NCBI RefSeq assembly: GCF_006345805.1
Contig: NC_043011.1
Location: forward strand, 48,868,464 to 48,932,463
Direction of reading: 5' to 3'
DNA from: Octopus sinensis
Taxonomy: Eukaryota
DNA: 64,000 nucleotides
Part shown: one piece after another, positions 25,418 through 39,506 of the stretch
Numbering within the stretch: the stretch's first letter is position 1
Layout: the number at the start of each line of letters is the position of its first letter
Made by a program: the position numbers and the translations under genes
Notes under the pieces: generated by a model
Database searches by the model: none
Told to the model about the DNA's origin: nothing
What the model saw: the letters and a program-made list of their open reading frames with translations, nothing else

Positions 25418-25432
25418 ATGTGTGTGTGTGAA

Positions 25433-25642
25433 TTAGGGAGTGCTGAAAAATTCTTGGCTTAAGGGTACTGCAATAAGACTAGTTTGAGGCCCAATCTTCT
25501 GAGTTCTTTAATGGGGCTTAGCAAAACTGAAGGACCATTGCAATAAGTGTGTGAATCTGAGAGGGGAATATGTTGAATAAACTCATAATTCACTAATCCT
25601 CTTGTCTTTTCTTTTACCAGAAACTTTTCAGCAAGCCTTCGC
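25433..25642. mobile_element. mariner-type MITE, same family as 14387-14853, inverted
   Basis: agggagtgctgaaaaattcttggcttaagggt...gaggggaatatgttgaat...aaacttttcagcaagccttc. Confidence 0.75.
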
Positions 25643-26218
25643 ATGTGTGTATATATGTGAGTGGATGTATTTATAAAATATATACGTGTACATATACACA
25701 CACACACGCTTGCATAAACACACACACACACATATTTACACCATACTTTCAGCTAATGTATGTTCTTTTTTCATGCTAACATAACTAGAACGAAGATTTA
25801 TTGAGGTATTAGTTTTCAACCAGATGTTTTCCCTGAGGCCAGCCCTTATCTGTTTTTCAAGTAAGCCAATTGTTCATTTCATATGCCTTCAAAAGTATCA
25901 AGCTACAAGGTGATTTGTAGACGGAGAATTGTCAAGATAGCATCGCTTGCTTTGCTCAAACAGCCACCAATAAGATTTTAGCATTTTTTTAATATGATTT
26001 TTTAAATATTATTTTCATGTGTGTGAATGTGTGTGTATCCTCATCATCATCGTTTAACGCCCACCTTCTATGCTGGCATGGGTTGGATGGGTTGACAGTA
26101 TCCTGCCAGGTATAAGCCTTTTATGTATGTGTGGCAGGGTTTTTACAGCTGCATTTCCATCATAACACCAACGACCCAGCAGAGTGGACTACATATATAT
26201 ATATACACACACATAAAA

Positions 26219-26261
<43 letters not shown>

Positions 26262-26366
26262 CTAGAATTGAAGTATTGATATAACCACAACATTCTTAGT
26301 GATCTGAAGAGCTAACCTTGTATATTTTCATTGATTTGTAAATAAGAGTTAATGTGTATATGTGTA

Positions 26367-26460
<94 letters not shown>

Positions 26461-26885
26461 ATATATATTATATATATATATACATACGCATACATATATG
26501 TGAGTGTGTGCGTGTATGTGCGTATATACATATATATATATATATATATACACACACATGTATATGTGTGTGAGTGTATATAAATATATTTATATGCATA
26601 CACATGTATATGCATTTGTTTATTACATCTATCTCTATATCTTCTTTTCATATCTTTTTTTTATATAACTATTCTTTTTCTTTATTCTCCCCTCCAGTTA
26701 TCTATGGGACTATATATAACAGCTTCAGTCGAATGTAAATTTTACATTATCTGATTCTTAGTCTTCTAATAGGAGACATCTTAAATGCTTTCTACCATAG
26801 GTACAATTTTGTAACTCCTATTAGCAAATGAAACATGTGTAATGGTGCATTAATAATGCAAAACAATTTTTCAAATGCTCTGTTT

Positions 26886-26930
<45 letters not shown>

Positions 26931-27239
26931 AAGATACATATACACAAAGAACAAAAGGAAAGAATATTACTCTGTAAAACAATCTTGGACCTGGGTTTGC
27001 ACCCTTAAGCAAATTTCATTCCTGAACTATGGGAAGGCACCCAACCCTGAAAATAGTTACATATCTATGTATTTATTTAGGTATGTTTCAAGATAATTGA
27101 ACCAAATTTACATCATTTTGTGTCACTCTCCCAATGAGTATTTCAGCCAAATTTGGTGAAAATCCATTCAACTGTTTCCCAGGAACTTTGCAAGTATACA
27201 GTCAAGCAAACAAAGATAAGTGATTACAATACTCTGCTT

Positions 27240-28135
27240 TCTGATCAATAAGGAGCCAGAGTGTTGCCATAGTAACAAAGCTAAAGCATGCAGAGTAAAG
27301 CTGCTTGGTTTAAATTGACCTTGAACTCTACTGTGTATGTGCACTAAGTTTCAATGTTCTAGCTCACTTCTGCTGTTCACAGCAGTGCTTGGAAGGAAGG
27401 TGTGTAACGTGTGGTCGTCACAGTGACCATAACACAGAAACTTGTCATGGTGATACCTGCTCAGGTGCTTACACAAAGTTACAGAAAGTGTATGGAGAGG
27501 AGGAGTGCATGAGCCACACCCAAGTGTATGAGTGGTTTAAATGTTTCCAAGATGGCTGAAAAAATGTCGATATTGATGAACGTTCTGGAAGACCTGCAAC
27601 CAGCAGAACTGAGAAAAACATTGCAGATGTGCATGCAGCGGTGTGGGGAAATCATTGAATCACAATCTGTGAGTTATCAGAGGATATGCAGATTAGTTAC
27701 GGTTCAGTTCAGTCCATTATCAATGAAGATTTGGGTATGAGACACGTATCTGCCAAGTTTGTACCAAAACCGCTTTCAGCTGATCAAAAAGACACACTTG
27801 GGTTTCGTTTCAGTTGCACAAGATCTTGATTGTGTCGAGAACAATGAAAACTTTTTGAAAACTTTGCATAGGACTCTGAGCAGATGTTGCCAAGATTGTG
27901 GCAATATTCGATGCAGATTCTCTAGTCAGCTTTCTCTGTCATAGTCAATGCGATGATAACATGCTACACACGTTCCTTCCAAGCACTGCTGTAATCAGCC
28001 AAAGTGAGCTAGAATGTTAAAACTTAGTGCACTTACACAGCAGAGTTCAAGGTCAATCTGTGCCAAGCAGCTTCACTTTGGGTACTTTAGCCTTGTTACT
28101 ATGGCAAAAGTCCGGGTACTTATCAATCGAACCAG
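27240..28135 (+). mobile_element. mariner derivative with ~170 bp inverted arms and a transposase fragment
   Basis: Arms at 27240-27412 and 27959-28135. The interior translates VYGEEECMSHTQVYEWFKCFQDG*KNVDIDERSGRPATS...SYGSVQSIINEDLGMRHVSAKFVPKPLS. Confidence 0.85.
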
Positions 28136-28868
28136 ATACATATGTGTGTGTGTTGTAAATATATATTTATATACATATATACACACACATACATATATCT
28201 GTATATATACACATACATATATCTATATATATATATATATATACACATATCTATATTTATATATATGTATAAACATATATCTATATATATATATACACAT
28301 ACACACACATATATATATATCTCTATATATAAAACTGAAATGCGTTTTTACCGCTTGGTTCGCTTTCAATGCCACTACATCCCGTCCGATTCACTCCAAA
28401 ATTTACACGGACATGTAGAATGAGGTGACGATGCGCGTGGGCTACCTTAGAAATCCCTATCTTAAAAGCTGTGGTTTCTAGGGGCCATCTTCCTACGTCA
28501 CCCTATTTCCTCCAGTACTCTGTCACTCCTCTTCATTTGACAATGCAACTACCGTTATTTAATGTTAAGTCTTCCTCAAATCACTCTGTAGCTCTTTACT
28601 CTCTTCCAAGAACATTTTCACTCACTCTATCTCTTACCTTCCTATACATTTTACTCACGTATCTCTCAGCGTTCATGGACAGTAACAAATATTACTCGCC
28701 ATCCCCATCGCCATCGCATTCTATTGTCTACCTGTCAACACACACACACACACACACATATATTCATATATCTAATATTATATTTTTATTTTTATGTTTT
28801 TGTTTTTGGTTTTTTACTGTTTCATTTCCCTATTAGTGGTTTTATCTCTAATTTAATTTCTACAGCGT

Positions 28869-28905
<37 letters not shown>

Positions 28906-29151
28906 TATGTAGCCCCAGTACACCCGAATGAAATCGGGTTCTCTTCATCAAAATGTGAAAAGGGGTCTACAATTATCATCGCCACAACTTATGTATGTCT
29001 TCCTCACTCACTCACTCTTTTTCCTAATGATAATTATCATCGCCACCACCAACACCACCAACACACAATCTGGACAATCTTTCTCTTATAACAAATCATG
29101 TTTACATTGCAACGACGTCTGCCACCTCCGCCGTCTCTATTTATTCTGCAA

Positions 29152-29304
29152 ATGACCAGAACTCGGGAAACTTGGTTGAGTGTTCTATGGTCTATGAGAA
29201 GAACTCGGGAAACTTGCTTGACTGTTCTATGGTCTATGACCAGAAATCGGGAAACTTGGTTGAGTGTTCTATGGTCTATGACCAGAACTTGGGAAACTTG
29301 GTTG
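29152..29304. repeat. 42 bp minisatellite, about 3.6 copies
   Basis: atgaccagaactcgggaaacttggttgagtgttctatggtct repeated. Confidence 0.9.
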
Positions 29305-29957
29305 TGTCCTCATCTTATAAAATGTGGCCCCAGTAGACCCAAATTAAATCGGGTTATATTAACCAAAAGGTGAAAAGGGGTATAAATGGGGCTGGAAGGG
29401 GATTAAAATTTAAAGGAGCGGGTGTTTAGCAATTCTCTGTTACATCAAGCTAAAAAATTTGCTCCAGCCTTTTAATCGTCAATGTGTTGCCGTCCATGAT
29501 GAAGAAGTTTTCAATGCTTGCCATCGTGAGTCTACTGTCGTGAGAAAGAATCAAGTCAAAACTTTTACGCCAGCCGTTGAACTGTCAATACGTTGCTGTC
29601 CGTCGTTAAGAAATGCCAGCCATGGTGACTCTACTATCCTCAAATTCTATCCCTTCAAACTTTGGTTTCCAATATTTTATTATTTTTATTCAGCTCGCAA
29701 GTTCGTCTGTCCCTTTTAAATGTTAGTGTTTTGCTGTCTGTCTTGAAGCAGACCTTTCCTTTGTAACTGCCTGATATTTATGATTGATCTTTCTAAATAT
29801 TTTATTTCTCAACTTACTCAAGATCTTTTGTTGTTATAAATGGGAGAGAGATACATAAAGATAGAGAGTAAGAGAAAGCGAGGGAGAGTCCGAGAGAAAA
29901 GAAGAGTAAGAGAGTGGGAAAGTGAGAGAGAAAGGAGAAAGAAACAAAGAGGGAGAA

Positions 29958-30276
29958 TCATCATCATCATCATCATCATCATCGCTTAACGTCCGTTTTC
30001 CGTGCTAGCACGGGTTGGACAGTTTGACAGGGGTCTGGGAAGCCAGGAGGCTGCACCAGGCTCCAGTCTGATCTGGCAGTGTTTCGACAGGTGGATGCCC
30101 TTCCTAACGCCAACCACTCTGTGAGCGTAGTGGGTGCTTTTTTCGTGCCGCCTGCACAGGTGCCAGGGGGGCTGGCAGCGGCCACGATCGGTTGGTGCTT
30201 TTTACGTGCCACCAGCACAGAAGCCAGTCAAGGCGGCGCTGCAATCCGCCACGTTCGCATGGTGCTTTTTACGTGC
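29958..30276 (-). mobile_element. Family A RTE 3'-end copy nested in the Helitron
   Basis: (CAT)n cgcttaacgtccgttttccgtgctagcacgggttggac. CpG-rich, so probably young. Confidence 0.8.
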
Positions 30277-30343
30277 TGAAAGGAAGCAACAGAAAGTAAC
30301 AACCACACTCTTACCCGCGCGTAGAGCGGGTCACCTTCAGCTA

Positions 30344-30394
<51 letters not shown>

Positions 30395-30446
30395 TATATA
30401 TATATATACATACATCTATATCTAAATGTATATATATATACATACA

Positions 30447-30510
<64 letters not shown>

Positions 30511-30997
30511 CATATATCTATATCTATCTATCTACCTATCTATCTATACATATATATATATATATATATGCATGGGAGAGAGAGAGAGAGAAGGTGGATA
30601 ACCAGAGAAATAGTTGGAGTTATGGCTGACAAGCAGCATAAATACATATGAGAAAATTGAAAAACTATAATAAAAGAGATGATGATGATGATGATGATGA
30701 TGATAACAGTAACAATAATACCAATACTAATATTAATAATGTATGTCTATTATTATTTCATAAAATAAACGTAGATAATATTAGCAATAATTTCTTTTGC
30801 CACAAGGGTCACTGTTTAAGGGTCATTTCAAAAACAAATTACAAAAAACAGTAATTTGTTAAAACTTGTTCATATGGAAAAAGACAATCATTTTTTTGTA
30901 TTGAAGAGAGGAAAAAAAAAAAATTAGGAAAATTGCTTTTGCACAAAAATGTTTCGACAGATTTCTAAAAGTTCTGCAAGACTTCTCCACACACACA

Positions 30998-31028
<31 letters not shown>

Positions 31029-31099
31029 CACACCACACACACACACACACACACATACACACAAACACATGTTCCTATTGGTCCTTACCATGTTCTCCA

Positions 31100-31740
31100 T
31101 CATCATATATTCTCCTCTTTACAATCTACCTTGCAGCTATCAACATCACCATCATCATCGTCGTCATCATCATCATCATGATGATCATCGTTGTCATCGC
31201 TAACATTGTCATCATCCTCATCATCTTTGTCTTCATCACACCCATCTCCATGACCATTCTCAACACAATCATCATCACTGACAGCAGCAGCAAGAGCATC
31301 ATCATCATCATCATCGCAATTTACTATATCAGTATCTTTTGCAACAATTCCACCACCATCACCACCCTCATCATCATCATCATCATAATCATCATCACCA
31401 TCATTGTTATCACCATCGACATCATCATCATCATCATTCTCTTCATCACAGCCACCTCCATGACCAGTCTCAACACAGTCATCATCATCATCAACAGCAC
31501 CATTATTATCATCATCAGCAGCAGCAGCAGCAGTGTCATCAGTATCTTTTCCACTAGTAGCAACACCATCATTATCATCACGACCATCACCACCATCACC
31601 ACCACCACCACCATCATCATCATCACTACCAGCGCTTCCAATATTGTTAGCATCAGCATCATCGCCATCACTGCCACTGGCACAATTTCATTGTCATCAT
31701 CCCCCACCTCTACCCCCACTATCACCAATCTTGCTGCATT
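31100..31740. repeat. (CAT/CAC/CAG)n field with a ~210 bp internal duplication
   Basis: cttcatcaca...ctccatgacca.tctcaacaca at about 31231 and 31441. Confidence 0.85.
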
Positions 31741-31904
31741 ATGATCGTTCGAACTGGCTCCAAATATGATTTGTAGAATTTTCGCATTGTGATTCCTTTC
31801 AAAAAGAGTTCAATCCCTTCGAGGACTAAATTTATCTTTCATCTTGCAAAGGTTTCATAAAACAAGCACCAACAATGAACCGGATTACAAATTCCTTTAT
31901 TATT

Positions 31905-32298
31905 TTATTCTTTTACATGCTTCATTCATTTTACTGTGGCCATGCTGGAGCACCGCCTTTAGTCAAATAAATTGACCTGAAGACGTATTCTTTGTAAGCC
32001 TAGTACTTATTCTCTCGATCTCTCTTGCCGAACCGCTAAGTTACAGGGACGCAAACACAACAACATCAGTTGTCATGCAAGAAGGATGAACAAACACAGA
32101 CACACACACCCATATATATATATCATCATCATCATTCATCATTTTCATTTAGCGTCCGTTTTCCATGCTAGCATGGGTTGGACGGTTCAACTGGGGTCTG
32201 TGAAGCCAGAAGGCTGCATCAGGCCCAGTCTGATCTGGCAGTGTTTCTATGGCTGGATGCCCTTCCTAACGCCAACCACTCCGCAAGTGTAGTGGGTG

Positions 32299-32300
<2 letters not shown>
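31905..32300 (-). mobile_element. SINE B 3' half followed by a family A copy
   Basis: 31905-32105 matches family B and 32123-32300 matches family A. Confidence 0.75.
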
Positions 32301-32339
<39 letters not shown>

Positions 32340-33649
32340 AAATATATATAAAAATACAAAATGGGACAAGAATGCAAAACATTCAAATAGACGACACAAA
32401 AATACGGACAGGTCATTCGAAGTCTCTAATCTTCAGTCAAGAACCGGATCATCCTCGCAATTTTGGCTGATTAATCTTGAGATCGCTCCGATCTGGCTAG
32501 CCCCAAGAAAAAAACTAAGCTACGAGCATTAGATTTCTTGGAAAAAAGGATCGAATGTATACGAAACAAGGACAGAAAAACGGACGATGCCACACGAATA
32601 TGAAAACAAAAAACAATAATAATAATAACAGGACAAAAACAACAGGTGTCTTTCGACTTTAGACAGTTCAACTTAGCTTAGCTGGCATATTTGGAAAATA
32701 ATGCCTTACGGCAGACGAAGAAATACACGGAACGCAGAACCATGTGGATGATAAGCAAGCTACTTATCACACAGTAACTCCTATCCATCTTTTATTTATT
32801 TATTTATTCATTTATTTGTTTGTTTGTTTGTTTTGGAGCGTACGGTATGATTTGAGGAAGAATTTGTTGTTATGTCATGTAAGTCGGACAATTCCTTCAA
32901 AACTCAATTGTCTTAAGACCTGTATGTCTTTGCAAGAGACAAAGAACTTATCAATTACTGGCGTCAATAATGGCATGGAATTCATTCCGATATCATTTAT
33001 TAAATACAAAATATAATTAAATTATGTTGTATAAAATTTTGTTTGTCAAACAAAGAATTCAGATTGGTTTTTTTTTTTTTTTTACTTATTTTTGGTTTTT
33101 AATAATTTTATTAATAAAATTGTTTATTAAAATGAAAAGTGAAGCATCTGAGATGTGTGTGTGTGTGGTATGTGTGCATGTCAGCGTGCATCTGTAGCTC
33201 TGTCTGTGAGTGTATATGTGTGCGTATGCATGTGTGTTCATGCTGGCTGGTGTATGTGTATATATATGTGTGTGTGTGTGTATGCAGGCTTGCGTATGTG
33301 TATACATTTCTGTGTGTGTGGTGTGTAAGTGTAAAATATGTACACGAGTGTTTGAGTATGTGCATGCAGGCTTGTGTGTGTGAGTGCATATGGACATATG
33401 CATATGTGTGGGGACATGCAGACCAACATATGCGTGCACATGTGTGTGAGTGAGTCAGTGTATGTGTGCATGTGTGTATGTGAGTGTATGTGCATGTGTG
33501 TATGTTATGCAAATTTGTGTATATGTGTATGTGTGCATATGTGAGTGAGAGTATGTGCTTGTGAGTGTATGCACATGCATGTGCGCACATGCAAGCTTGT
33601 GTATATGTGTGCATGGGTATGTGTGTGTGCATATGTGTGGGCATAAGCT

Positions 33650-34330
33650 AGTGTATGTGTACGTGTATGTCCACATGTGTGCATGTCCATTTGTGCATGT
33701 GTATATATGTGTACATCTGGATGTGTATGTGTGTATATCTCCATGTGTGTGTACGTATATGTCTACATGTGCATGTATGTCTACATGTGTGAATGTGTAC
33801 ATCTACATGTGTGTGTACGTGCACGTCCACATGTGTGCATGTCCATTTGTGCATGTGTATATATGTGTACATCTGGATGTGTATGTGTGTATATCTCCAT
33901 GTGTGTGTACGTATATGTCTACATGTGCATGTATGTCTACATGTGTGAATGTGTACATCTACATGTGTGTGTACGTGCACGTCCACATGTGTGCATGTCC
34001 ATTTGTGCATGTGTATATATGTGTACATCTGGATGTGTATGTGTGTATATCTCCATGTGTGTGTACATATATGTCTACATGTGTGTATATGTCTACATGT
34101 GCGTGTATGTCTACGTGTGTGTATGTGTACATCTACATGTGTGTGTGCGTGCACGTCCACATGTGTGCATGTGCACATGTGCATGTGTATATATATATGT
34201 GTACATCTGGATGTGCATGTGTGTATATCTCCATGTGTGTGTACATATATGTCTACATGTGCGTGTATGTCTACATGTATGTGTACACCTACATGTGTGT
34301 GTACGTGCACGTCCACATGTGTGCATGTGC
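33650..34330. repeat. 156 bp minisatellite built from alternating purine-pyrimidine sequence
   Basis: gtccatttgt at 33685, 33841 and 33997. The ORF track shows the matching 52 aa period. Confidence 0.9.
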
Positions 34331-35015
34331 ATATGTGTACATTTGGATGTGTATGTGTGTACTTGTATGTCTATATGTATGTGTACACATATTTCTACAT
34401 GTGTGTACATGTACGTCTACATGTGTGTGTGTATGTGCATGTCTACATGTATGTGACCATTTATGCACCAGTGGATGCGAAACATGGTCAAGTGGTTAAG
34501 AATTTGGATTCCCAATGAAAGGATTCTTGGTTTGGTTTCACTGTAGGGTATCTCAAGCAATTATCTCGCGATCCTGGATCAATCCAAGCATTATTTTAAT
34601 TACATATTAATTACAATTAGATAATTACTTGTTTCAAAGATTATCTTTATTCTGCCAAGACAGTGCCGAGAAACCAGAATGTTGATATACCACAGTTAAA
34701 TTATGACTAAGATGTGTTTGTGTGTGTGTGTGGCGGGAGGAAGGGTACACATGTGTATGTGTGTGTGTGAGAGAGAGCGTGAGTATGTGTGTAAGTGCGT
34801 ATATGTGAGTGATTGTGAGTGAGTATCTGAATGAGTATTTGTGTGTGAGGACGGGATGTGTGAGAATGTGTGAATCAGTATGCATGAGTGTGTGTGTCTG
34901 TGAATATGTGAATGTGCGAATGTGTGTGTCAGTGAAAGTGTGTGAGTGTGTGTGCGTGATTGTGTGAGAGTATGAGCAAGTGCAAATTGGTGTAAGCGTG
35001 TGTGTGAGTATGAAT

Positions 35016-35049
<34 letters not shown>

Positions 35050-35187
35050 GTGTGACAGAAACTGTGTGGAAGCCTGTTGTGTGAACTCTAGCTATAATTC
35101 AGTTTTGTCAAGCACTGAAGGATTACATCAAGAGTGCAAGTGTCACTGGAATACTCAGCCACTTACAGACTAATTCAGTAAGCAAGT

Positions 35188-35557
35188 GGAAGCACTCCGT
35201 CGGTTACGACGACAAGGATTCCGGTTGATCCGAATCAACGGAACAGCCTGCTCGTGAAATTAACGTGTAAGTGGCTGAGCACTCCACAGACACGTGTACC
35301 CTTAACGTAGTTCTCGGGGATATTCAGCGTGACACAGAGAGTGACAAGGCTGGCCCTTTGAAATACAGGTACAACAGAAACAGGAAGTAAGAGTGAGAGA
35401 AAGTTGTGGTGAAAGAGTACAGCAGGGACCACCACCACCCCCTACCGGAGCCTCGTGGAGCTTTAAGTGTTTTCGCTCAATAAACACTCACAACGCCCGG
35501 TCTGGGAATCGAAACCGCGAGTCCGCTGCCCTAACCACTGGGCCATTGCGCCTCCAT
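35188..35557 (-). mobile_element. SINE family D, near full length, 11 bp TSD
   Basis: agtaagcaagt at 35177-35187 and 35558-35568. Inverse of 39141-39506. Confidence 0.85.
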
Positions 35558-36239
35558 AGTAAGCAAGTAACTCAACTGAGATCAAACAAGCAAAATTTAG
35601 ACATGCATACAAATACACGCACATCTATACTCACACATACATATTCACAGACACACACACATACTTACATACATATGTGCAGTCACACATACATATTCAC
35701 AGACACACACACACATACTTACACACATACACATACATACACACATAGACTCACACACACCCAGCCACACATTCACTGACACACACAATCATGCATACAT
35801 AGATACACATATACTCACACGCACTCACACATATACATGCTCACACACTCATACTTACTCGCAAACACACTCACACTTACACACACAGACATCCACATAT
35901 ATACACGCACATACATACCTTATGTACGCTTCCATTGTGGAACCAGAAAATTCGAGTTACCTGGCAATGTCACAGTGAAACAAGGACAATTTTTGAAACT
36001 AGTAATTATTTAATTCTAATTAACATGTAATTAATAATTGGAATACCAACGCTACCACCATCCACTAAACATGTAGAATGCTATATAACACAAGTGGAAT
36101 TACATCTGATGTGTATTTCTACTTTCCTGTTCCTTAATTAAATGGAAGAAATGTTTGACTCCATTATTATAACAATTGTTCTCGACATAAGCTGTCAGTA
36201 TGACTGTGCGATAAGAAGCTTGCAAAGGCTTCTTATGAA

Positions 36240-36632
36240 AAGTGGTGAGCTGACAGAAACGTTAGCACAACGGGTGAAATGCTTAGTGGTATTTCATCTG
36301 CCGCTACGTTCTGAGTTCAAATTCCGCCGAGGTCGACTCTGCCTTCCATCCTTTCGGGATCGATTAAATAAGTACCAGTTACGCACTGAGGTCGATATAA
36401 TCAACTTAATCCATTTCTCTCTCCTTGTTTGTCCTCTCTGTGTTTAGCCCTTTGTGGGCAATTAAGAAATAAGAAACGTTAGCACACCGGGCGAAATGCT
36501 TAGCAGTATTCCGCCTGCTGCTACGTTCTGAGTTCAAATTCTGCCGAGGTCAACTTTGCCTTTCATCCTTTTGGGGTCGATAAATTAAGTACCAGTTATG
36601 CACTGGGGTCAGTGTATTCGACTCAATCCCTT
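36240..36632 (+). mobile_element. SINE family C dimer
   Basis: agaaacgttagcac...ctacgttctgagttcaaatt occurs twice. Confidence 0.85.
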
Positions 36633-37224
36633 AATATAATGGGGGAAAGAGATTTCTAATTAGTTAAAAAGCATTATATTCGTTATATTCGTTTGTGTGA
36701 AATAAGCCTAAGAAGAAGGACTAAAAAAAGAAGAATAGTAATATTATAGAATCGAGAAAGAAATTACGGTGGTTAAAATTATCGGGGGGAAAAAAACACG
36801 TATGGTGATAAAAGAGGTTTTTGGGGGGAAAAGCTGAATAAGGTAACAATATAGGGGAGATAAGGCAAAGGTAAATTCATAAGAAAGATTTTTTGAAGAA
36901 ATTCACGTTTCTATATTTTAATGTTGACTATGTTAGTTATTAAAAAATTACAATATGAATATGAGAATCTAGTTATGTTAATAATGTAATTAAACCCAAT
37001 TATATGAACAATAAATGCCGAAAACAAAAACTATAGATAGAAATAAGAGCATGAAACGTACGCACTTTAAAAATCCAGCTTATCACACTACATCTCATCC
37101 TTTTAATGATTCACTTAACTGCATAACTCATATTAATAAAGTTAGGAATAATATAGAAGAAAAAAAAAGAAACCTATACCAGATGTAAGAAAAGATAACC
37201 CACAAAATATAAACCGCTATGATA

Positions 37225-38360
37225 ATAAAGAAAGCAACAATAACGTCATTTGGATCATAATTCCTTTCGCAAAATGTCTAAAATCTAATTTTATTAAATC
37301 CATTAAAAACATTATTAAAAAATCTTTAAAAACTTTAAATATGCAAAAATATTTAATAACAAAATGATTAGATTTAGATTTTCAGTATCTCCAAACCTAT
37401 TTAGGATCATCTTTCTGTTTAACAATAGGAAACTATACCAATTCTATAAAAAAAAAAACTCTTTCTAATACACATACTAACCCCAATAATTCCATATCTA
37501 ATAACAACAATTATCAGAATAACCAAAGCTCAATTACCCCTGATTGCTGAGACACCCTCTGGTCATGAATGACCATGGGATTGCACCTAGAAAGTTACCC
37601 TTCCAGGCACAAGTCCAGGCAAGGTTGTTTATGGAAAACCACCAGTCGCCCATGCATACTGCCTCCCCCACTCCACGCCACCAGTGTTATCCAAGGAAAA
37701 GGCAAAGGCCAATACAGCTTGGCACCTGTGACATCGCAACTCATTTCTACAGCTGAGTGAACTGGAGCAAGGTGAAATAAAGTGTCTTGCTCAAGAACAC
37801 AACATGCAGCCCAGTCTGGGATTCGAGCTCACAATCTCATGATCATAAGCCCGATGCTCTAACCACTGAGCCATGCGTCTTCACTACCCCTAATACATAT
37901 AGACATAACAATAGAGTATCAACTAATAATTCTAACTGTAATTGTAGAAACCTGAATGCTTGTGAGGTAGACGGTAACTGTAAAATGAAAGATGTAGTTT
38001 ACCAAGCAATAATTATTACCCATAATCTCTCTAAATTTACTTACATCAGATGTACACAAAATTCTTTCAAATTAAGATTAAATAATCATAGATCATCCTT
38101 TAATTAGCCCAGAAAAGAAAAAAACACAGGTCTATCCAAAAAGGTTTGGCAACTAAAAAGAAGCAATATAGATTACTCAATTTCTCGGAAAATACTTTCT
38201 TCAGTTTTATCTTATTGATATAATAATAAGATCTGCAAATTATGCCTAGGAGAAAGTCACAAAATAATGAAAATGAATGGCTTTCTCATAAATTCGAGAG
38301 ATGTAAACGATTTTTTTTGCAGACATACGTCAAAACTCCTTTTTATTAATCTCAAATAAT
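37225..38360 (+). mobile_element. Penelope-like element remnant: linker plus GIY-YIG endonuclease, degraded
   Basis: NNNVIWIIIPFAKCLKSNF..., then CNCRNLNACEVDGNCKMKDVVYQAIII...YIRCTQNSFKLRLNNHRSSF...TGLSKKVWQLK...CKLCLGE...INSRD...CRH. This is the characteristic PLE C-terminal pattern. Confidence 0.85.
37545..37884 (-). mobile_element. SINE family E inserted in the PLE ORF, ~10 bp TSD
   Basis: tacccctgat at 37535-37544 and tacccctaat at 37885-37894. Confidence 0.8.
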
Positions 38361-38637
38361 CTCCCCCCCCCCTACCTTAACTACTTTCATCTTATTCCTT
38401 CTTATAATTTAGGTTTTTTGTATAATATCTCTCTCTACCTTATTGCTACCTATATATGATTTTTGTTCTATAATACTCTCTATCTTACACAACTTGGATA
38501 TTCATATGTTTTTCTACCATTCCCCCATATATTGTACAGACCTCATTTTATTAATATAAAACCTATACCAAATATTCATATACCTTCCCCTCTTTCTCAA
38601 TATATATTTTTAGACAATTTTTGGACCATTACTTAAT

Positions 38638-38674
<37 letters not shown>

Positions 38675-38745
38675 CATTATTTGTATGTAATCTGTTTTTT
38701 CACAATATGTACTTAGCTACATCTCTCTCACCTATTCTAAATATT

Positions 38746-38804
<59 letters not shown>

Positions 38805-39140
38805 CATCATCATCGTCATTATAATTAACTATTGCCAATATTTATGATACTTTTTACTATTGAGACAGGCAAACATCTTTTAATACTTTTTCAGTGACTA
38901 TTTTGCCCTTATATATCTCTTTTTTATTATCTTTAATCCCCTCTTTTCTTCTTCCTTATTCGTAACCTATTCCATTTGTATAATACGTATATATATATTT
39001 TTTTAAAGAATTTCCTCTCTTAACTATCTCAATTTTTATTTCTTAAATTTTTTAAAATTATTTTCTCTTTCTTATAAATCTACATATATTAACCAAAATC
39101 TTACAGAAGATATACTATTAAACTTACAATAATTCTAAGT

Positions 39141-39506
39141 GCGGAGGCGCAATGGCCCAGTGGTTAGGGCAGCAGACTCGCGGTCATAGGATCGCGGTTT
39201 CGATTCCCAGACCGGGCGTTGTGAGTGTTTATTGAGCGAAAACACCTAAAAAGTTCCATGAGGCTCCAGCAGGGGATGGTGGTGATCCCTACTGTACTCT
39301 TTCACCACAACTTTCTCTCACTCTTACTTCCTGTTTCTGTTGCACCTCTGTGTCATGCTGAATATCCCCGAGAACTACGTTAAGGGTGCACGTGTCTGTG
39401 GAGTGCTCAGTCACTTACACGTTAATTTCACGAGCAGGCTGTTCCATTGATTCGGATCAACCGGAACCCTCATTGTCGTAACCGACAGAGTGCTTCCATC
39501 CATCCC
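39141..39506 (+). mobile_element. SINE family D, 10-12 bp TSD
   Basis: aattctaagt(gc) at 39131 and 39507. A-box tggcccagtgg, B-box ggtttcgattccc. Confidence 0.85.

Larger units (their letters stand above)
28320..30344 (+). mobile_element. Non-autonomous Helitron (~2 kb, composite)
   Basis: 5' a|TCtctatatataaaactg. The 3' hairpin acccgc-gcgtaga-gcgggt is followed by CTAG|t at 30341-30345. That both ends belong to one element is inferred. Confidence 0.65.

Noticed and set aside
33555-34499. Longest ORF (314 aa, Cys/His/Val/Tyr-rich)
   Set aside because: It is a translation of an (RY)n minisatellite that is open in several frames on both strands.
39141-39225. tRNA-Arg(TCG)-like gene; also the tRNA-like heads at 61894 and 62030
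   Set aside because: No proper acceptor stem is visible and they are SINE-like heads attached to repeat bodies or tails.
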